Shown: positions 1-10,129, counted from the stretch's first letter. The stretch is DNA of 64,000 nt from Methanothrix sp. (GCA_963682135.1 OY821645.1:1-64000), one strand, 5' to 3'. Notes: generated from the letters alone by a model not told the origin. A program made the numbers and translations.

Positions 1-1019
1 CTGTGACCTAAAGATTCTGCAGAGACCTGTCCGGTGAGATCGACTTGCAGAGCGCTGTTGATGGCCGTCATCTTACTGTTTTGAGCAATGATGAGAGGGT
101 TATTGGTGTAGTCGATTGTACGAAACTCTATAGAGCTATTATCCCTCAGAAAATCGAAGGTCTGGCGCCGACCCATGCAGAAGGTGGCAATGCTCTTGCC
201 GGGATTCAGGCTCTTTTGGCTGTTGTCCACAACCCCCTTTTCCATCAGAGCGGCAATACCATCGTTAAGCAGTTCCGTGTGCACTCCCAGATGCTTTTTT
301 CCTTGCAGACTGCTGACTACTGCATTGGGAATGCTGCCATATCCCACCTGAATTGTAGAGCCATCTTCCACGATGCGGGCCACATATCTCCCAATCTTTT
401 GAGCAATATCGCCGGGAACATCTTCGATATACTCCAGCAGGGGCTCATCTTTGGCAATGATGTAGTCGACATCATCCATGTCGATCCAGCCATCTCCAGC
501 CACTACAGGCATAAAGGAGTTAGGCTGGGCGATCACAATTGCGGCCTTATCGACGGCAGCTCTGCAGATGTCCACGCTGACGCCCAGATTCATATTGCCG
601 TCCTCATCAGGAGTGGTGGTCTGGATGAGGGCCACATCAATAGGTATCCTCTCTGATCTGATAAGGGCAGGTAGCTCTGAGAGGAAGATAGGTGTGTAAT
701 CGGCTCCACACCGGTTTACGGCCTTTCGGGTGTTGTCTCCGATAAAAAAGGAGTTGAGCCGAAAGTTGTCTTTGAACTTTTCGTCCGTGTAGGCAGCAAC
801 GCCAAGCGTGACTATGTTTATCAGCTCGGCATCCATGAAGGCCTTGGGCTGGCTCTGAACGAAATTGAGCAGAGAGCTGACCAGATGCACAGGCTCGCCA
901 CAGCCCGTGCCCACGAATATCCGGTCGCCCGGCCGAATATTTTGGAAGACAAAGCGTTCCTGATCATGGAACTTACTGGGCCATCTGCGTTTGATTCCGT
1001 CCGCTATCTTTTCATTCAT
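1..1019 (-). CDS. Acetyl-CoA hydrolase/CoA-transferase family protein, 3' part runs off the window
   Basis: Hand translation from ATG 1019: MNEKIADG...IRPGDRIFVGTGCGEP...NLGVSVD...IVEDGSTIQVGYGSIPNAV...HLGVHTELL; absent from the ORF track because it has no stop in the window. Confidence 0.85.
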   Translation of the reverse strand, partial: MNEKIADGIKRRWPSKFHDQERFVFQNIRPGDRIFVGTGCGEPVHLVSSLLNFVQSQPKAFMDAELINIVTLGVAAYTDEKFKDNFRLNSFFIGDNTRKAVNRCGADYTPIFLSELPALIRSERIPIDVALIQTTTPDEDGNMNLGVSVDICRAAVDKAAIVIAQPNSFMPVVAGDGWIDMDDVDYIIAKDEPLLEYIEDVPGDIAQKIGRYVARIVEDGSTIQVGYGSIPNAVVSSLQGKKHLGVHTELLNDGIAALMEKGVVDNSQKSLNPGKSIATFCMGRRQTFDFLRDNSSIEFRTIDYTNNPLIIAQNSKMTAINSALQVDLTGQVSAESLGH

Positions 1020-1393
1020 GTGATTAACTCGTTGTATGGGTAATTGAGAATCATCCGGGCATTCTCCACCAGCTCGCCAGAGGGTAGCGATCCATACTTG
1101 TACCGCCTGCAATCGGATAAGGCATCGGCAGTGGAGCTTCCGGCTCGCAGGACCGGCCTGCCTTCTCCCGTGTCTTTTCCTCGAAGAGTCAAGAGGGGGG
1201 TTGTTATATTCAAATTGACATAGTACTCACCACTCTGCACTTCGATGATATCTCCCGGATGGGCTGAATCGAGAGCCGACTCGATCCTGTAGAAATCGCA
1301 GCCGTTCGGTCCGACAGTGATGACCGATTCCTGCGACAGGGCAACAGAGGCAATCAGGATGAAACCAATAACCAGATGGGCAATTGAAGGCAT
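1016..1393 (-). CDS. Short secreted protein resembling only the N-terminus of NosD/beta-helix surface proteins; possibly truncated
   Basis: Signal peptide then ITVGPNGCDFYRIESALDSAHPGDIIEVQSGEY, similar to the N-terminus of the 17824-19833 protein, but ends at 125 aa. Confidence 0.5.
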   Translation of the reverse strand: MPSIAHLVIGFILIASVALSQESVITVGPNGCDFYRIESALDSAHPGDIIEVQSGEYYVNLNITTPLLTLRGKDTGEGRPVLRAGSSTADALSDCRRYKYGSLPSGELVENARMILNYPYNELIT

Positions 1394-1451
1394 AATTATC
1401 CTTTTGAGACTGAAAATTATAAGTATTTATGGTTATGGCAATGGAAATTCA

Positions 1452-3137
1452 TTATTTCAGGATGGTTCGAAAATTTTTCCAGTCATTGCTTCGATCGTAT
1501 TTCCGGCTGAATGCCTCAATTCCCTTCGGACTGCCCATCAGTGCCAGAATATCGCCAACTTCTACCACTATCTTTTTGTCCGGCAATGCCATGGCCTGGC
1601 CCATCCGCTCCAGAGCCACAACCCGACAGCCGAACCTCTGCGGCAGATTCAGTTCTTCCAGGGTTCTTTCCGCCAGGCCGGATCTTTTTTTTGCGAGGAA
1701 TATCTTCAGTTCCAGATCCTCATAAAGCAGATCCATCTTCCCCTCATCCCCCTGAATGATCCTGGCCAGCATGTGACTGGCCACGATTGGTAAAGATGCT
1801 ACATAATCGGCCCCGGCCCGATAGATATTCTCGGCCGACCTGAGGTTATTGGCCCTCACCACCACAAATGCCTGGGGATTAAGATTTTTAGCGAGAAGAG
1901 TGGCATAAATGGCATCAGAGTCTTGGTTGAGCATGATCAAGACTCCAACTGCCTCCTTGATTCCTGCTTGCAGTAGGTCGGTCTCTGCCGTAGCATCTCC
2001 TATTATGTGCGGAAAGTCGGTTTCAGTTAGATCGCGCAGATCCAGAATCGTGGGGTTGGTTCCGCAGTCGGATAGCACTGCAGCCACCCGTTTTCCCACA
2101 TCCCCGTACCCCAGGATCATTTGAGGCCCCTCCTTGCGAGTGCCCAGTGTGAGATCTCTGATGGCAGAGAGCTGCTCGATGTTTCCTACCGCCATCAGCA
2201 CCGAATTGGAGTGCACAGTCTCCTCTGGACCGGGGCTGAGATGAAAGACACCCCTCTGCCAGATGCCTGCAATGCCTCCTCCTGATCTCTTCATGCCAAT
2301 TTCTTCCAGCTTCTCTCCTATCAACTCCGCTCCCGGATAGATGGGCAGCTCCGCCAGAAGAAGATCGCCAAAGAGCTGGATTGATCCCGGAAACACATTT
2401 CTCATGGGCAGCGAGGTGATCTGGGCAATGAAGGTTCCAAGGAGCGTCTTGGGCGAGATTATGCGGGAGGCTCCCGCATACCTCAGGAACCTGGATCTTG
2501 TCAGATCGTCTACCAGAGCGATGATCTCGATATCAGAGATCTCTCGCAGTGTTAAAATGACCTCGGCATTCAGCTCGTCATTTTCATTGGTTATAAAAAG
2601 CCGGGCTGAACTGATGCTAGCTCTTCTTTGCACCTCTTGCCTAGAAGGATCACCCCATACCACAGGATAATTTTTATAGATACCTCTGGCCGCGCTCTCC
2701 GAACGCTCGATGATCAAGAATGGAATATTGAGCAGCGAAAATCTCTCAGCTAATGTATCCACAATTGGGTTATAACCAGAAATGATTATGTGCCCTTCCA
2801 TCTTCTCGGGAGCTGAAGTGGGAGCGGCTCGGACTATGCGCTCCAGATTAGGAGTTATGCCCAGTGGCACCACCACTGCCCAGAGAATGGCAATTCCGGA
2901 GAGCGATACAATGATCGTAAAAATGTATCCAATAGGTGTTTTGAAAACGATATCTCCAAATCCCAGAGTGGTCATGGTCACCACTACCCAGTAGATAGCC
3001 GTGGCAATATTCACATTCACAGACTGCCCCTCAAGGCTCATCAGTGCCATAAAGACAAGGCTATAAACCAGCAAAATGAGAAGTAATGTTAGTACGAGAC
3101 GGTAGTCTTTGCGCAGCAGAGATCCCCTTATGTCAAT
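1452..3137 (-). CDS. Potassium channel with tandem RCK (TrkA-N/TrkA-C) domains
   Basis: Pore motif TMTTLGFGD; Rossmann motifs IISGYNP and ILGYGDVG; track start is 3074 but the frame is open to an ATT at 3137 behind GGAGGG. Confidence 0.9.
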   Translation of the reverse strand: MDIRGSLLRKDYRLVLTLLLILLVYSLVFMALMSLEGQSVNVNIATAIYWVVVTMTTLGFGDIVFKTPIGYIFTIIVSLSGIAILWAVVVPLGITPNLERIVRAAPTSAPEKMEGHIIISGYNPIVDTLAERFSLLNIPFLIIERSESAARGIYKNYPVVWGDPSRQEVQRRASISSARLFITNENDELNAEVILTLREISDIEIIALVDDLTRSRFLRYAGASRIISPKTLLGTFIAQITSLPMRNVFPGSIQLFGDLLLAELPIYPGAELIGEKLEEIGMKRSGGGIAGIWQRGVFHLSPGPEETVHSNSVLMAVGNIEQLSAIRDLTLGTRKEGPQMILGYGDVGKRVAAVLSDCGTNPTILDLRDLTETDFPHIIGDATAETDLLQAGIKEAVGVLIMLNQDSDAIYATLLAKNLNPQAFVVVRANNLRSAENIYRAGADYVASLPIVASHMLARIIQGDEGKMDLLYEDLELKIFLAKKRSGLAERTLEELNLPQRFGCRVVALERMGQAMALPDKKIVVEVGDILALMGSPKGIEAFSRKYDRSNDWKNFRTILK

Positions 3138-3161
3138 AACCCCTCCCCAGAGGGGATATAC

Positions 3162-3965
3162 TTAACGGTTAAGTAATCTGATAAATTTCTTGATTTGCTG
3201 GTGCATGTGGCTGATGAGACGGTCGTACCGATCGCTATCTTCTCCGACAAATGCTACGGCTGCACCTTTCCATTTTCCGCCATCCAGTCCCGCCTCGGAA
3301 AATTGCAGTTCGAATTTATCGAGTCCCTCAGGCGCAGTCTGCATGTCCATCATGTACCACCAAAGCACTATCCATCCCAGGTCTTTCGCTTCTTGCAGCA
3401 GCTTTACTGCAAGCGGTGCGTCTTCGGGATCGATATACGCAGGATCGATGAAAAGAAGGCCGGGCGGAGATCTGCATAGCCGGGACATCATTCCTGTAAA
3501 TCCGTCTCCCTGGTGAAAGACAATTCCTGCCGATGGAAGTGATCCCATCGACTCTGCCGCCTGAGTGAAGCTCTCCCAAGAGCCGGCTACATCCGCATCA
3601 TTGTCCCAGACATTGGCCTGCAGATTTGCTCCTTTCCTCCTGGCCAGCTCATCGATGAGGCGGATGGACCCGGGATAGATTATAAGAGATGGTGAAACAA
3701 TGGACTGACTATCCTTATTCAAATCGGCCAGGATATCAAAATAGGGAAAATTTCTAAGGGATGGTAGAAACGGCCAGATTTTGCCTATTCCGCCTTCCCA
3801 ATCTCCAGGCGATCTCAGGACGTATTCGGGACGGCCTGCATGGCTTTCCGCATAGATCAGGCTACCGCCGGGTTCGAGGAGGCAATCTGCCGCCTCCAGC
3901 AGGAGGAAATGCTTCCAGACGTCGCCGGCATTGCCCGCATGCACTCTGTGATCATATCGGCCCAT
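3162..3965 (-). CDS. RlmJ-like adenine-N6 methyltransferase
   Basis: N-terminal YDHRVHAGNAGDVWKH matches RlmJ YxHxFHAGNxADVxKH; ESHAG motif I; IDPAY motif IV. Confidence 0.75.
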   Translation of the reverse strand: MGRYDHRVHAGNAGDVWKHFLLLEAADCLLEPGGSLIYAESHAGRPEYVLRSPGDWEGGIGKIWPFLPSLRNFPYFDILADLNKDSQSIVSPSLIIYPGSIRLIDELARRKGANLQANVWDNDADVAGSWESFTQAAESMGSLPSAGIVFHQGDGFTGMMSRLCRSPPGLLFIDPAYIDPEDAPLAVKLLQEAKDLGWIVLWWYMMDMQTAPEGLDKFELQFSEAGLDGGKWKGAAVAFVGEDSDRYDRLISHMHQQIKKFIRLLNR

Positions 3966-3980
3966 TCATGTCTGAGTTCT

Positions 3981-4499
3981 TCACTCTTTGTTCATCTTCT
4001 TGGCGATATTGAAGGCCTGAGCCGGGGTGGCCCGGGCAATCTTCTGGGAATCATCAAAGGAGGGCTTTGAGGCTGCAGCCGTGGCCGCTGCGGTTCGCAG
4101 AAGCTTCTTGTCCACCTCGTTGGTCAGCCAGCGGGCTCCGCCTATCCCTACCAAAACTGCGCCCGCGATGGATGCAATGGAGACGGTTATCTCATCCGTT
4201 CCCATTCCGCTTTTCGAGCCCCAGATAACTGCATTGCTGAAAGCTCCATAAAGGCCCCAGGAGATGAAGGCTGCCATTGCTCCCAGAAGTATGTTGCCTG
4301 CAAAGCCGGGGCGAATTATGGTGACTTCGCCGGTCGTCTCTTCACTGGGCCGGACAAAACCGTTGTCGCTCACCAGTGCATTCACAATTCCGCCTACTGC
4401 ACCGCTCAGCATTACTATGCCGATAGGTATCAACATTGACGTTTTAAATACCCCCTTCACTGAATTCATTGAACCGATTCGGGAAAGCTTTACATCCAT
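3981..4499 (-). CDS. Three-TM membrane protein (DUF4257/YLATT-like)
   Basis: Three Gly-rich hydrophobic segments: GAVGGIVNAL, GNILLGAMAA, AVLVGIGG. Confidence 0.5.
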   Translation of the reverse strand: MDVKLSRIGSMNSVKGVFKTSMLIPIGIVMLSGAVGGIVNALVSDNGFVRPSEETTGEVTIIRPGFAGNILLGAMAAFISWGLYGAFSNAVIWGSKSGMGTDEITVSIASIAGAVLVGIGGARWLTNEVDKKLLRTAAATAAASKPSFDDSQKIARATPAQAFNIAKKMNKE

Positions 4500-4649
4500 C
4501 CCCTCAGATGGCTGTTATAGGCCCGTATCACACATCATCTGTTATTCTAAACTAATTTTTTTAATAATGATTTGTTTTAATACTATTTGAACTTTATGTT
4601 TGAAGAGGCTCTTGCAAGGACAGGCAGATCGACGGGGGCCCAGGTCTGC

Positions 4650-4700
4650 ACTCAGACGTAGGCGCATATGCGCGCGTGGGCAGACGCTTGCGGGCGCGGG
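4650..4700 (+). repeat. Outlying partial copy of the GC-rich intergenic element
   Basis: ATGCGCGCGTGGGCAGACGC shares the GCGCGTGGGC core of the 24-33.5 kb copies. Confidence 0.45.
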
Positions 4701-4826
4701 ATTTTGGAAAAGGAACGAATGCCTGCTAATACCATTGATTGATTATTATATCCAAACAACTGACGATCTTACCACAAATGCACAGAACACACAGAGACTA
4801 CCCAATTTATATATTTCGGTCCATGT

Positions 4827-5567
4827 TCAAATATTAAATAGCTTGAGTTCTATCCTTGGTGGTCCCTCAATAATGCTGTCAAATTCTCTGGTGGATGCAT
4901 TTCCATCCTTCCCTTTGCCGGGAATATAGCAGCGCTTCATAGAACAATTTTTTTGTACGTGAGCAGAACAAGCTGATGCAATGCGATTATGGCATAGCTT
5001 CTTCATTGAGTTCGTTGATCTGAAACCGTGACCTCTATGAATGAGATCTACAATGATCTTAGGATGAGGGCTACATTTTATGAGTGCATTCCGTATGCGT
5101 TCGTTGAAAAGTTCTCCACATAATAAAACGCCAGCAACTCCACCTTCTGTCGTGATAAGATGAACCGCATCGTAACTCTTTAGTTTGGCATCCCATTCGT
5201 TATCGGTTAGTATAATTTGCTGCTCATTTTTTTTATTCCATAGTCTGGTAGATGATCTTTCTTCCCAACAATATGCTATTTTGTCAACTGCGCTCCAAGC
5301 ATATCCATATGCTTGGGGCCAACTATTATCGTCCACGCCAAAAACCACTGCAAGCTCTAAGCTGCGAGCTTCATCTATGAGTGCATCTGCTATTCGTCGC
5401 CTTGATTTAGAGTCATTACCGACTACGAAGCCCCCAGGAAGTACTAATATATCAGCACCCAATGATTTCGTCTTTGCCATCGCTAGCTTTCCGGCTTTTA
5501 GTCGTCCTTCATTTTTGGATTCATCTTCAGGCCCTTTGCACCCGACCGTAGTGATGGCAACATTCAT
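4827..5567 (-). CDS. Carbon-nitrogen hydrolase (nitrilase)-fold protein, atypical
   Basis: ADILVLPGG and GVLLCGELFN segments; AT-rich relative to neighbours. Confidence 0.55.
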   Translation of the reverse strand: MNVAITTVGCKGPEDESKNEGRLKAGKLAMAKTKSLGADILVLPGGFVVGNDSKSRRRIADALIDEARSLELAVVFGVDDNSWPQAYGYAWSAVDKIAYCWEERSSTRLWNKKNEQQIILTDNEWDAKLKSYDAVHLITTEGGVAGVLLCGELFNERIRNALIKCSPHPKIIVDLIHRGHGFRSTNSMKKLCHNRIASACSAHVQKNCSMKRCYIPGKGKDGNASTREFDSIIEGPPRIELKLFNI

Positions 5568-5633
5568 TTTTATCTTCTCTGTGACTTGCTCACATAGCTA
5601 TGAATAGTCATCTCAATTGCATTAGGGCAATTC

Positions 5634-6373
5634 ATGAAACATTTTAAAACTTTGCTCGATAGAGCGACCTCTATGAGAATTGATGATGCAACCGATCAAC
5701 AAGTTAAGACTCTGGTGTCAGTGGCTAAAAATCTTCGAGACAAGTATAATGAAGAATTGGAGAGAAAGAAAAAGGACGCTCTATACTCAAAAGACCTGAT
5801 TTCTTGTGGCATGAGTTATTAGTGAGTTATTCAACTTGGGGCGGCATAAGCAGAAACGAAGATATGGTCACAGACAAAAATAAAAATCAACCGATCACTT
5901 ATGATGAACTGAAGAAACTCAACAATGAAGACCGTGTGAATAGGCTGCGGCAAGTCATGAAAGGTGCTAAGATACACTTCTACAAGAAAAAAGCTCCGAT
6001 GCTTGCACGATGCTTTGAGAAAATTGAAGAGATGGGTGGATTAGAGCAGGCCAATGCAATGCTGCTCAATAAAAAATGCGCAGCAGAAATGACGGAATTC
6101 CTTGACGATTTTCCTGGAATAGGTCCGAAATATGCGAATAATATTATGATGGATTGCTATCATCCGTTTTTCCGTGAAAAGATAGCACTCGATGCACGCA
6201 TCCATTCCGTATCCAACGAACTGGGGCTGAATCTGAAGAAGTACTCGGATCATGAAAAATTCTACTTGAATATTGCAAAAGAAGCGGGAATAGAGGGCTG
6301 GGAATTAGATAGATTGATTTTTGCACATCGAGACGAATTTCTAATTGCCTTAAGATCCCACGCCGAGCCTTAA
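5634..6373 (+). pseudogene. HhH DNA glycosylase-like (OGG-like) gene split by a -1 frameshift near 5768-5774
   Basis: ORF 5634-5822 and the frame of 5804-6373 (open from 5753: KGRSILKRPDFLWHELL) overlap; FPGIGPKYA HhH motif, IALD, ELDRLIF. Confidence 0.55.
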
Positions 6374-6427
6374 TGCGTTACCATCTCCCAAACCTTTATC
6401 TCCTATCACCCCATCCCCCCTCTAGTT

Positions 6428-6458
6428 CCGGAATGTGACCCGTTTTGGGTCGAACCGG
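6428..6458 (+). promoter_or_regulatory. Candidate eL15 ribosomal leader hairpin
   Basis: CCGG-AATGT-GACCC-GTTTT-GGGTC-GAA-CCGG stem with internal loop directly upstream of the rpl15e RBS. Confidence 0.5.
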
Positions 6459-6474
6459 TAAAGGTGAAAAGAGA

Positions 6475-7062
6475 ATGAAGTCTTTTTACGGTTATATCAG
6501 CGATGCCTGGTCATCTCCCCGAGAGGGATATGTAGGCGCACTGCGGCAGGACAGGCTCAAGGCCTGGCGCCAGGAAAGCACCGTGCAGAGAATCGATAGG
6601 CCCACCCGCCTGGACAGGGCGCGCGCGCTCGGCTACAAGGCCAAGCAGGGCATTATCGTGGCACGTGTCAAGGTAAGACGCGGCGGCCGCAAGAAGTCCC
6701 GTTACGAGAGGAACAGAAAGACCAGCAAGATGGGCGTGAACGCCATCAGCATGGGCAAGTCCATTCAGAGGATCGCCGAGGAAAGAGCTGGAAGGCGGTA
6801 CCGCAACATGGAAGTCCTCAACTCCTACTGGGTGGCCGAGGACGGCAAGCAGAAGTTCTACGAGGTCATTTTGGTGGACCCCTGCGCACCCTCCATCATG
6901 AACGACAAGAACCTTAACTGGGTCTGCAACGATGTTCATCGCGGCAGAGCCGTGCGCGGCAAGACCAGCGCAGGTCGCAAGGGCAGAGGCCAGAGGCACA
7001 AGGGCTTCGGCACCGAGAAGACCAGGCCCGGCATCAGAGCCCACGACGGAAAAGGAAAGTAA
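6475..7062 (+). CDS. rpl15e: 50S ribosomal protein L15e
   Basis: [37 protein letters not shown]. Confidence 0.97.
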   Translation: MKSFYGYISDAWSSPREGYVGALRQDRLKAWRQESTVQRIDRPTRLDRARALGYKAKQGIIVARVKVRRGGRKKSRYERNRKTSKMGVNAISMGKSIQRIAEERAGRRYRNMEVLNSYWVAEDGKQKFYEVILVDPCAPSIMNDKNLNWVCNDVHRGRAVRGKTSAGRKGRGQRHKGFGTEKTRPGIRAHDGKGK

Positions 7063-7479
7063 GTGATTGACAAGGTCTCTTTCCGGGCCTTTGTGGCAGC
7101 AACGGAAGACGAGGGCCGCGTGCGCGAGGCGCTCGCAGTCTTCGTTCCTCTGGACAGAATCACAGGAGTTACTGCCGAGGGCCATTTCGGAAATGAGATA
7201 AAAATACTGGAGGCGGAGCTGCGCAAGAGAGAAGCTGCCGCCTTCTTTCAAATACTGCGCGAGCAGCTTCCCGCCGAAGACCTGGCAAAGCTTCGCCGGG
7301 AGATCCCGGACCGATTGGAGGGGGAAAGCCATTTTCACCTGCGTCTGGACAAACAGGCCGCCTACAAAGGCCTGCTGCGCCTGACCGACTCCAAGGATGC
7401 CCTGGACACAACAATCCTCATCAAGACCTATCCGGCCCGGCGCGAGTCTGCTCTGAAGATCATAAGCGAGCTCATATGA
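7063..7479 (+). CDS. Exosome-superoperon RNA-binding protein (COG1325-like)
   Basis: ATEDEGRV, GHFGNEI, LRLDKQAAY; conserved position after rpl15e. Confidence 0.85.
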   Translation: MIDKVSFRAFVAATEDEGRVREALAVFVPLDRITGVTAEGHFGNEIKILEAELRKREAAAFFQILREQLPAEDLAKLRREIPDRLEGESHFHLRLDKQAAYKGLLRLTDSKDALDTTILIKTYPARRESALKIISELI

Positions 7480-8153
7480 GCTTTTACGAATGTCTTAGCG
7501 TCTTTCCTGAAGGTGCTTCTTCAGCCAGCCGCATGGCTCTTACTGCCAAGGGATTGGGCTATCGGGGCATAATCATCTGCAACTGCGATCCTGGCAGGAT
7601 CTTCATGCCCCAGGCAGCAGAGAAGATCAAGGGAATTGAGGTGGTCATCGGCGCAGAGGTAACGGCGCCCTCCAGCAAAGCACTCAAGAGCCGCATATCA
7701 GCTCTGCGAGCCAGATATCCGTTTATCATGATTCGGGCAGGATCCGAGGAGATAGTCCGGGTGGCATCTGAAGACCCAAATGTGGACCTTCTCATGCATC
7801 CCTGCGATTTTAGACGCCCTTTTACCATTGCCAGCGCGCGCGCCGCTAAGCTAAATCAGATCAGCATAGGTTTTGATCTCAGCGGCCTGGTGCATCTGCG
7901 GGGCAGCTCGCGCTCTCGCTGGTTGGGAGCCCTTCGCCGCAATCTTCAGCTGGTAAGAAAGTTCGAGCTACACCCGGTCATTACCATGAGTGCGCTCTCT
8001 CATCTTGACCTGCACTCTCCCCGTGACCTGGTCGCCATGGCAGAGGTGGCGGGCTTTGAGACGGATGAGGCACGAGAAGCTTTGCGTCGTCCTGGGATAC
8101 TGCTGGCGCTCAATCGCAGAAAGTGGGTGGGTCCGGGAGTAGAGCTTCTATGA
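7476..8153 (+). CDS. rnp3: RNase P protein Rpp30
   Basis: PHP-like fold, VDLLMHP, SHLDLHSPRDL; operon context. Confidence 0.9.
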   Translation: MSFYECLSVFPEGASSASRMALTAKGLGYRGIIICNCDPGRIFMPQAAEKIKGIEVVIGAEVTAPSSKALKSRISALRARYPFIMIRAGSEEIVRVASEDPNVDLLMHPCDFRRPFTIASARAAKLNQISIGFDLSGLVHLRGSSRSRWLGALRRNLQLVRKFELHPVITMSALSHLDLHSPRDLVAMAEVAGFETDEAREALRRPGILLALNRRKWVGPGVELL

Positions 8154-8689
8154 GAAGCAGATTTCCCGTGCTGCGGGAGCGAAGGCGGTATATGATCTTC
8201 GAGCTATTGTCTGAAGGCGAAATCTCGCCCAAAGATCTGATGAATGAGGTTACTTCATCTCAGTTATCCCTTTTCGGCGACGAAGGAGCAGCGAAAAACC
8301 GGCTCAAAATGATAGCTTTCAATGGCCGCTATGGCTTGATCCGTTTTTCCCATGAACATGTCCAGGAGACACGAGCGACACTGGCTACGATTCATTCAAT
8401 TCATGGGATTCGAGTCGTTCTCCATACAAAAGGCGTCTCGGGAACAATCAAATCCGCTACAGAAAAGTATTTACCAAGACTGAGTAAAATATGTGCTGAA
8501 AGCGACGGAAGAAGAATCGAACTGAGAGACGTTTCCGGGTGTATTATCCGCACCCATGGTGTAAAAGTCGATCTCTGTCCGGACGACCGCAATAAGAGCA
8601 CAGGATCAGACACCCAATACTTGGGGCTGACCTCTTTTGATTTAAGTGGAGGACACGAGGATGCAGATGGCACCGCAGATGGGTTATGA
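8150..8689 (+). CDS. rnp2: RNase P protein Pop5
   Basis: [24 protein letters not shown]. Confidence 0.9.
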   Translation: MRSRFPVLRERRRYMIFELLSEGEISPKDLMNEVTSSQLSLFGDEGAAKNRLKMIAFNGRYGLIRFSHEHVQETRATLATIHSIHGIRVVLHTKGVSGTIKSATEKYLPRLSKICAESDGRRIELRDVSGCIIRTHGVKVDLCPDDRNKSTGSDTQYLGLTSFDLSGGHEDADGTADGL

Positions 8690-9428
8690 TAGGGCGATTA
8701 CCGTATTCAGCCCTGATGGCAGATTATTTCAAGTTGAATATGCCCGCGAGGCCGTGCGCAGAGGAACCACGGCAGTAGGCATCAAGTCAAAAGACGGCGT
8801 AGCAGTACTGGTAGACAAGAGAATCACCAGCAGGCTCATGGAGCCCAAGTCCATTGAGAAGATTTTTCAGATAGACACACATATCGGCGCCGCCACATCC
8901 GGCCTGGTAGCAGATGCCAGAGTGCTGATCGACCGAGCCAGGGTAGAGAGCCAGATAAACCGTTTGGTCTACGACGAGCCCATTGGAGTCGAGGCCCTGG
9001 CTAAGAAGATCTGCGACTTCAAGCAGCAATATACTCAGTACGGCGGAGTTCGTCCCTTTGGAACGGCGCTGCTCATCATCGGCGCAGAGGAGGATAGAAC
9101 TCGTCTCTTTGAGACCGACCCGTCCGGCGCTTTATTGGAATACAAGGCTACGGGCATTGGAGCGGGCAGATCGGCAGTTATGGAGCTCTTCGAAGAGAAA
9201 TACAGAGAAGACCTCACAATGGACGAGGCCGTGCTCATGGGCCTGGAAGCGCTCTACAAGGCTGCCGAAGGAAAGGTAGAAGCTGCCACAACGGAGATCG
9301 GGATAATCAAACTGGGCGACAAGAAGTTCTACAAATTGGCTGAGAAAGAGGTAGCCACTTATGTTGAAAGGATGAAGTCTGCCGTCTCGCCCGGCAAAGT
9401 TGAGAAGGGAGAAAAAGGAGAGGCATAG
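8661..9428 (+). CDS. psmA: Proteasome subunit alpha
   Basis: [25 protein letters not shown]. Confidence 0.98.
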   Translation: MQMAPQMGYDRAITVFSPDGRLFQVEYAREAVRRGTTAVGIKSKDGVAVLVDKRITSRLMEPKSIEKIFQIDTHIGAATSGLVADARVLIDRARVESQINRLVYDEPIGVEALAKKICDFKQQYTQYGGVRPFGTALLIIGAEEDRTRLFETDPSGALLEYKATGIGAGRSAVMELFEEKYREDLTMDEAVLMGLEALYKAAEGKVEAATTEIGIIKLGDKKFYKLAEKEVATYVERMKSAVSPGKVEKGEKGEA

Positions 9429-9430
9429 GA

Positions 9431-10129
9431 ATGGTCAGACTGGATGACGCTGTTCCTGCCAGACTCAAGACCCACGGAACCATCTTTGAGGTTCTGGTAG
9501 ATCCTGATGGAGCATTGGCTCTGAAAAGGGGGGACCACGTCAACCTGGAAGATATCCTGGCCGTAGAGGATATCTTCGAAAATGCCTCCCGTGGAGACAG
9601 AAGCCCGGAAGAGGATTTGAAAAAGGCCTTTGGGACGTTGGAAGTTCTGCCCATTGCCGAGATAATCATAAAAAAGGGCGATATCAGCCTGACGTCGGAG
9701 CAGAGAAAGCAGTTCATCGAGAACAAGCGTCGCCAGGTCATCGAGATCATAGCCCGGAACGCTATCAATCCTCAGACCAAAACACCTCACCCGCCGACAA
9801 GGATTGATCAGGCCATGACCGAGGCTCGCGTCAATATCGATCCTACTAAATCCACCGATGAGCTGGTCAAGATAGCCATGAAGGCCATTCGACCTCTCAT
9901 CCCTATAAGATTCGAGATGGTAGAGGTAGCGGTAAAAATCCCTTCCGCATATGCTCCCAAGGCTTATGGCGAAGTTGCTGCCTTTGGCAAGCTCAATCGA
10001 GAGGCATGGCAGAACAATGGCTCTTGGATTGGTGTGGTCGAGATACCGGCGGGCATGCAGACCGAATTTTATGCCCTTATCAACCGGCTGACTAAAGGTG
10101 AATCTGAGACGAAGCTTCTTAAGCATTGA
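9431..10129 (+). CDS. Ribosome maturation factor SBDS/Sdo1
   Basis: FEVLVDP, INPQTKTPHPPTRI, IRPLIPIRFE. Confidence 0.95.
   Translation: MVRLDDAVPARLKTHGTIFEVLVDPDGALALKRGDHVNLEDILAVEDIFENASRGDRSPEEDLKKAFGTLEVLPIAEIIIKKGDISLTSEQRKQFIENKRRQVIEIIARNAINPQTKTPHPPTRIDQAMTEARVNIDPTKSTDELVKIAMKAIRPLIPIRFEMVEVAVKIPSAYAPKAYGEVAAFGKLNREAWQNNGSWIGVVEIPAGMQTEFYALINRLTKGESETKLLKH

Noticed and set aside
45-656. 203 aa plus-strand ORF
   Set aside because: Antisense shadow of the CoA-transferase gene on the minus strand.
8480-8689. Pop5 C-terminal extension overlapping psmA as a novelty
   Set aside because: Similar extensions are, from memory, present in other euryarchaeal Pop5 proteins; likely ordinary.
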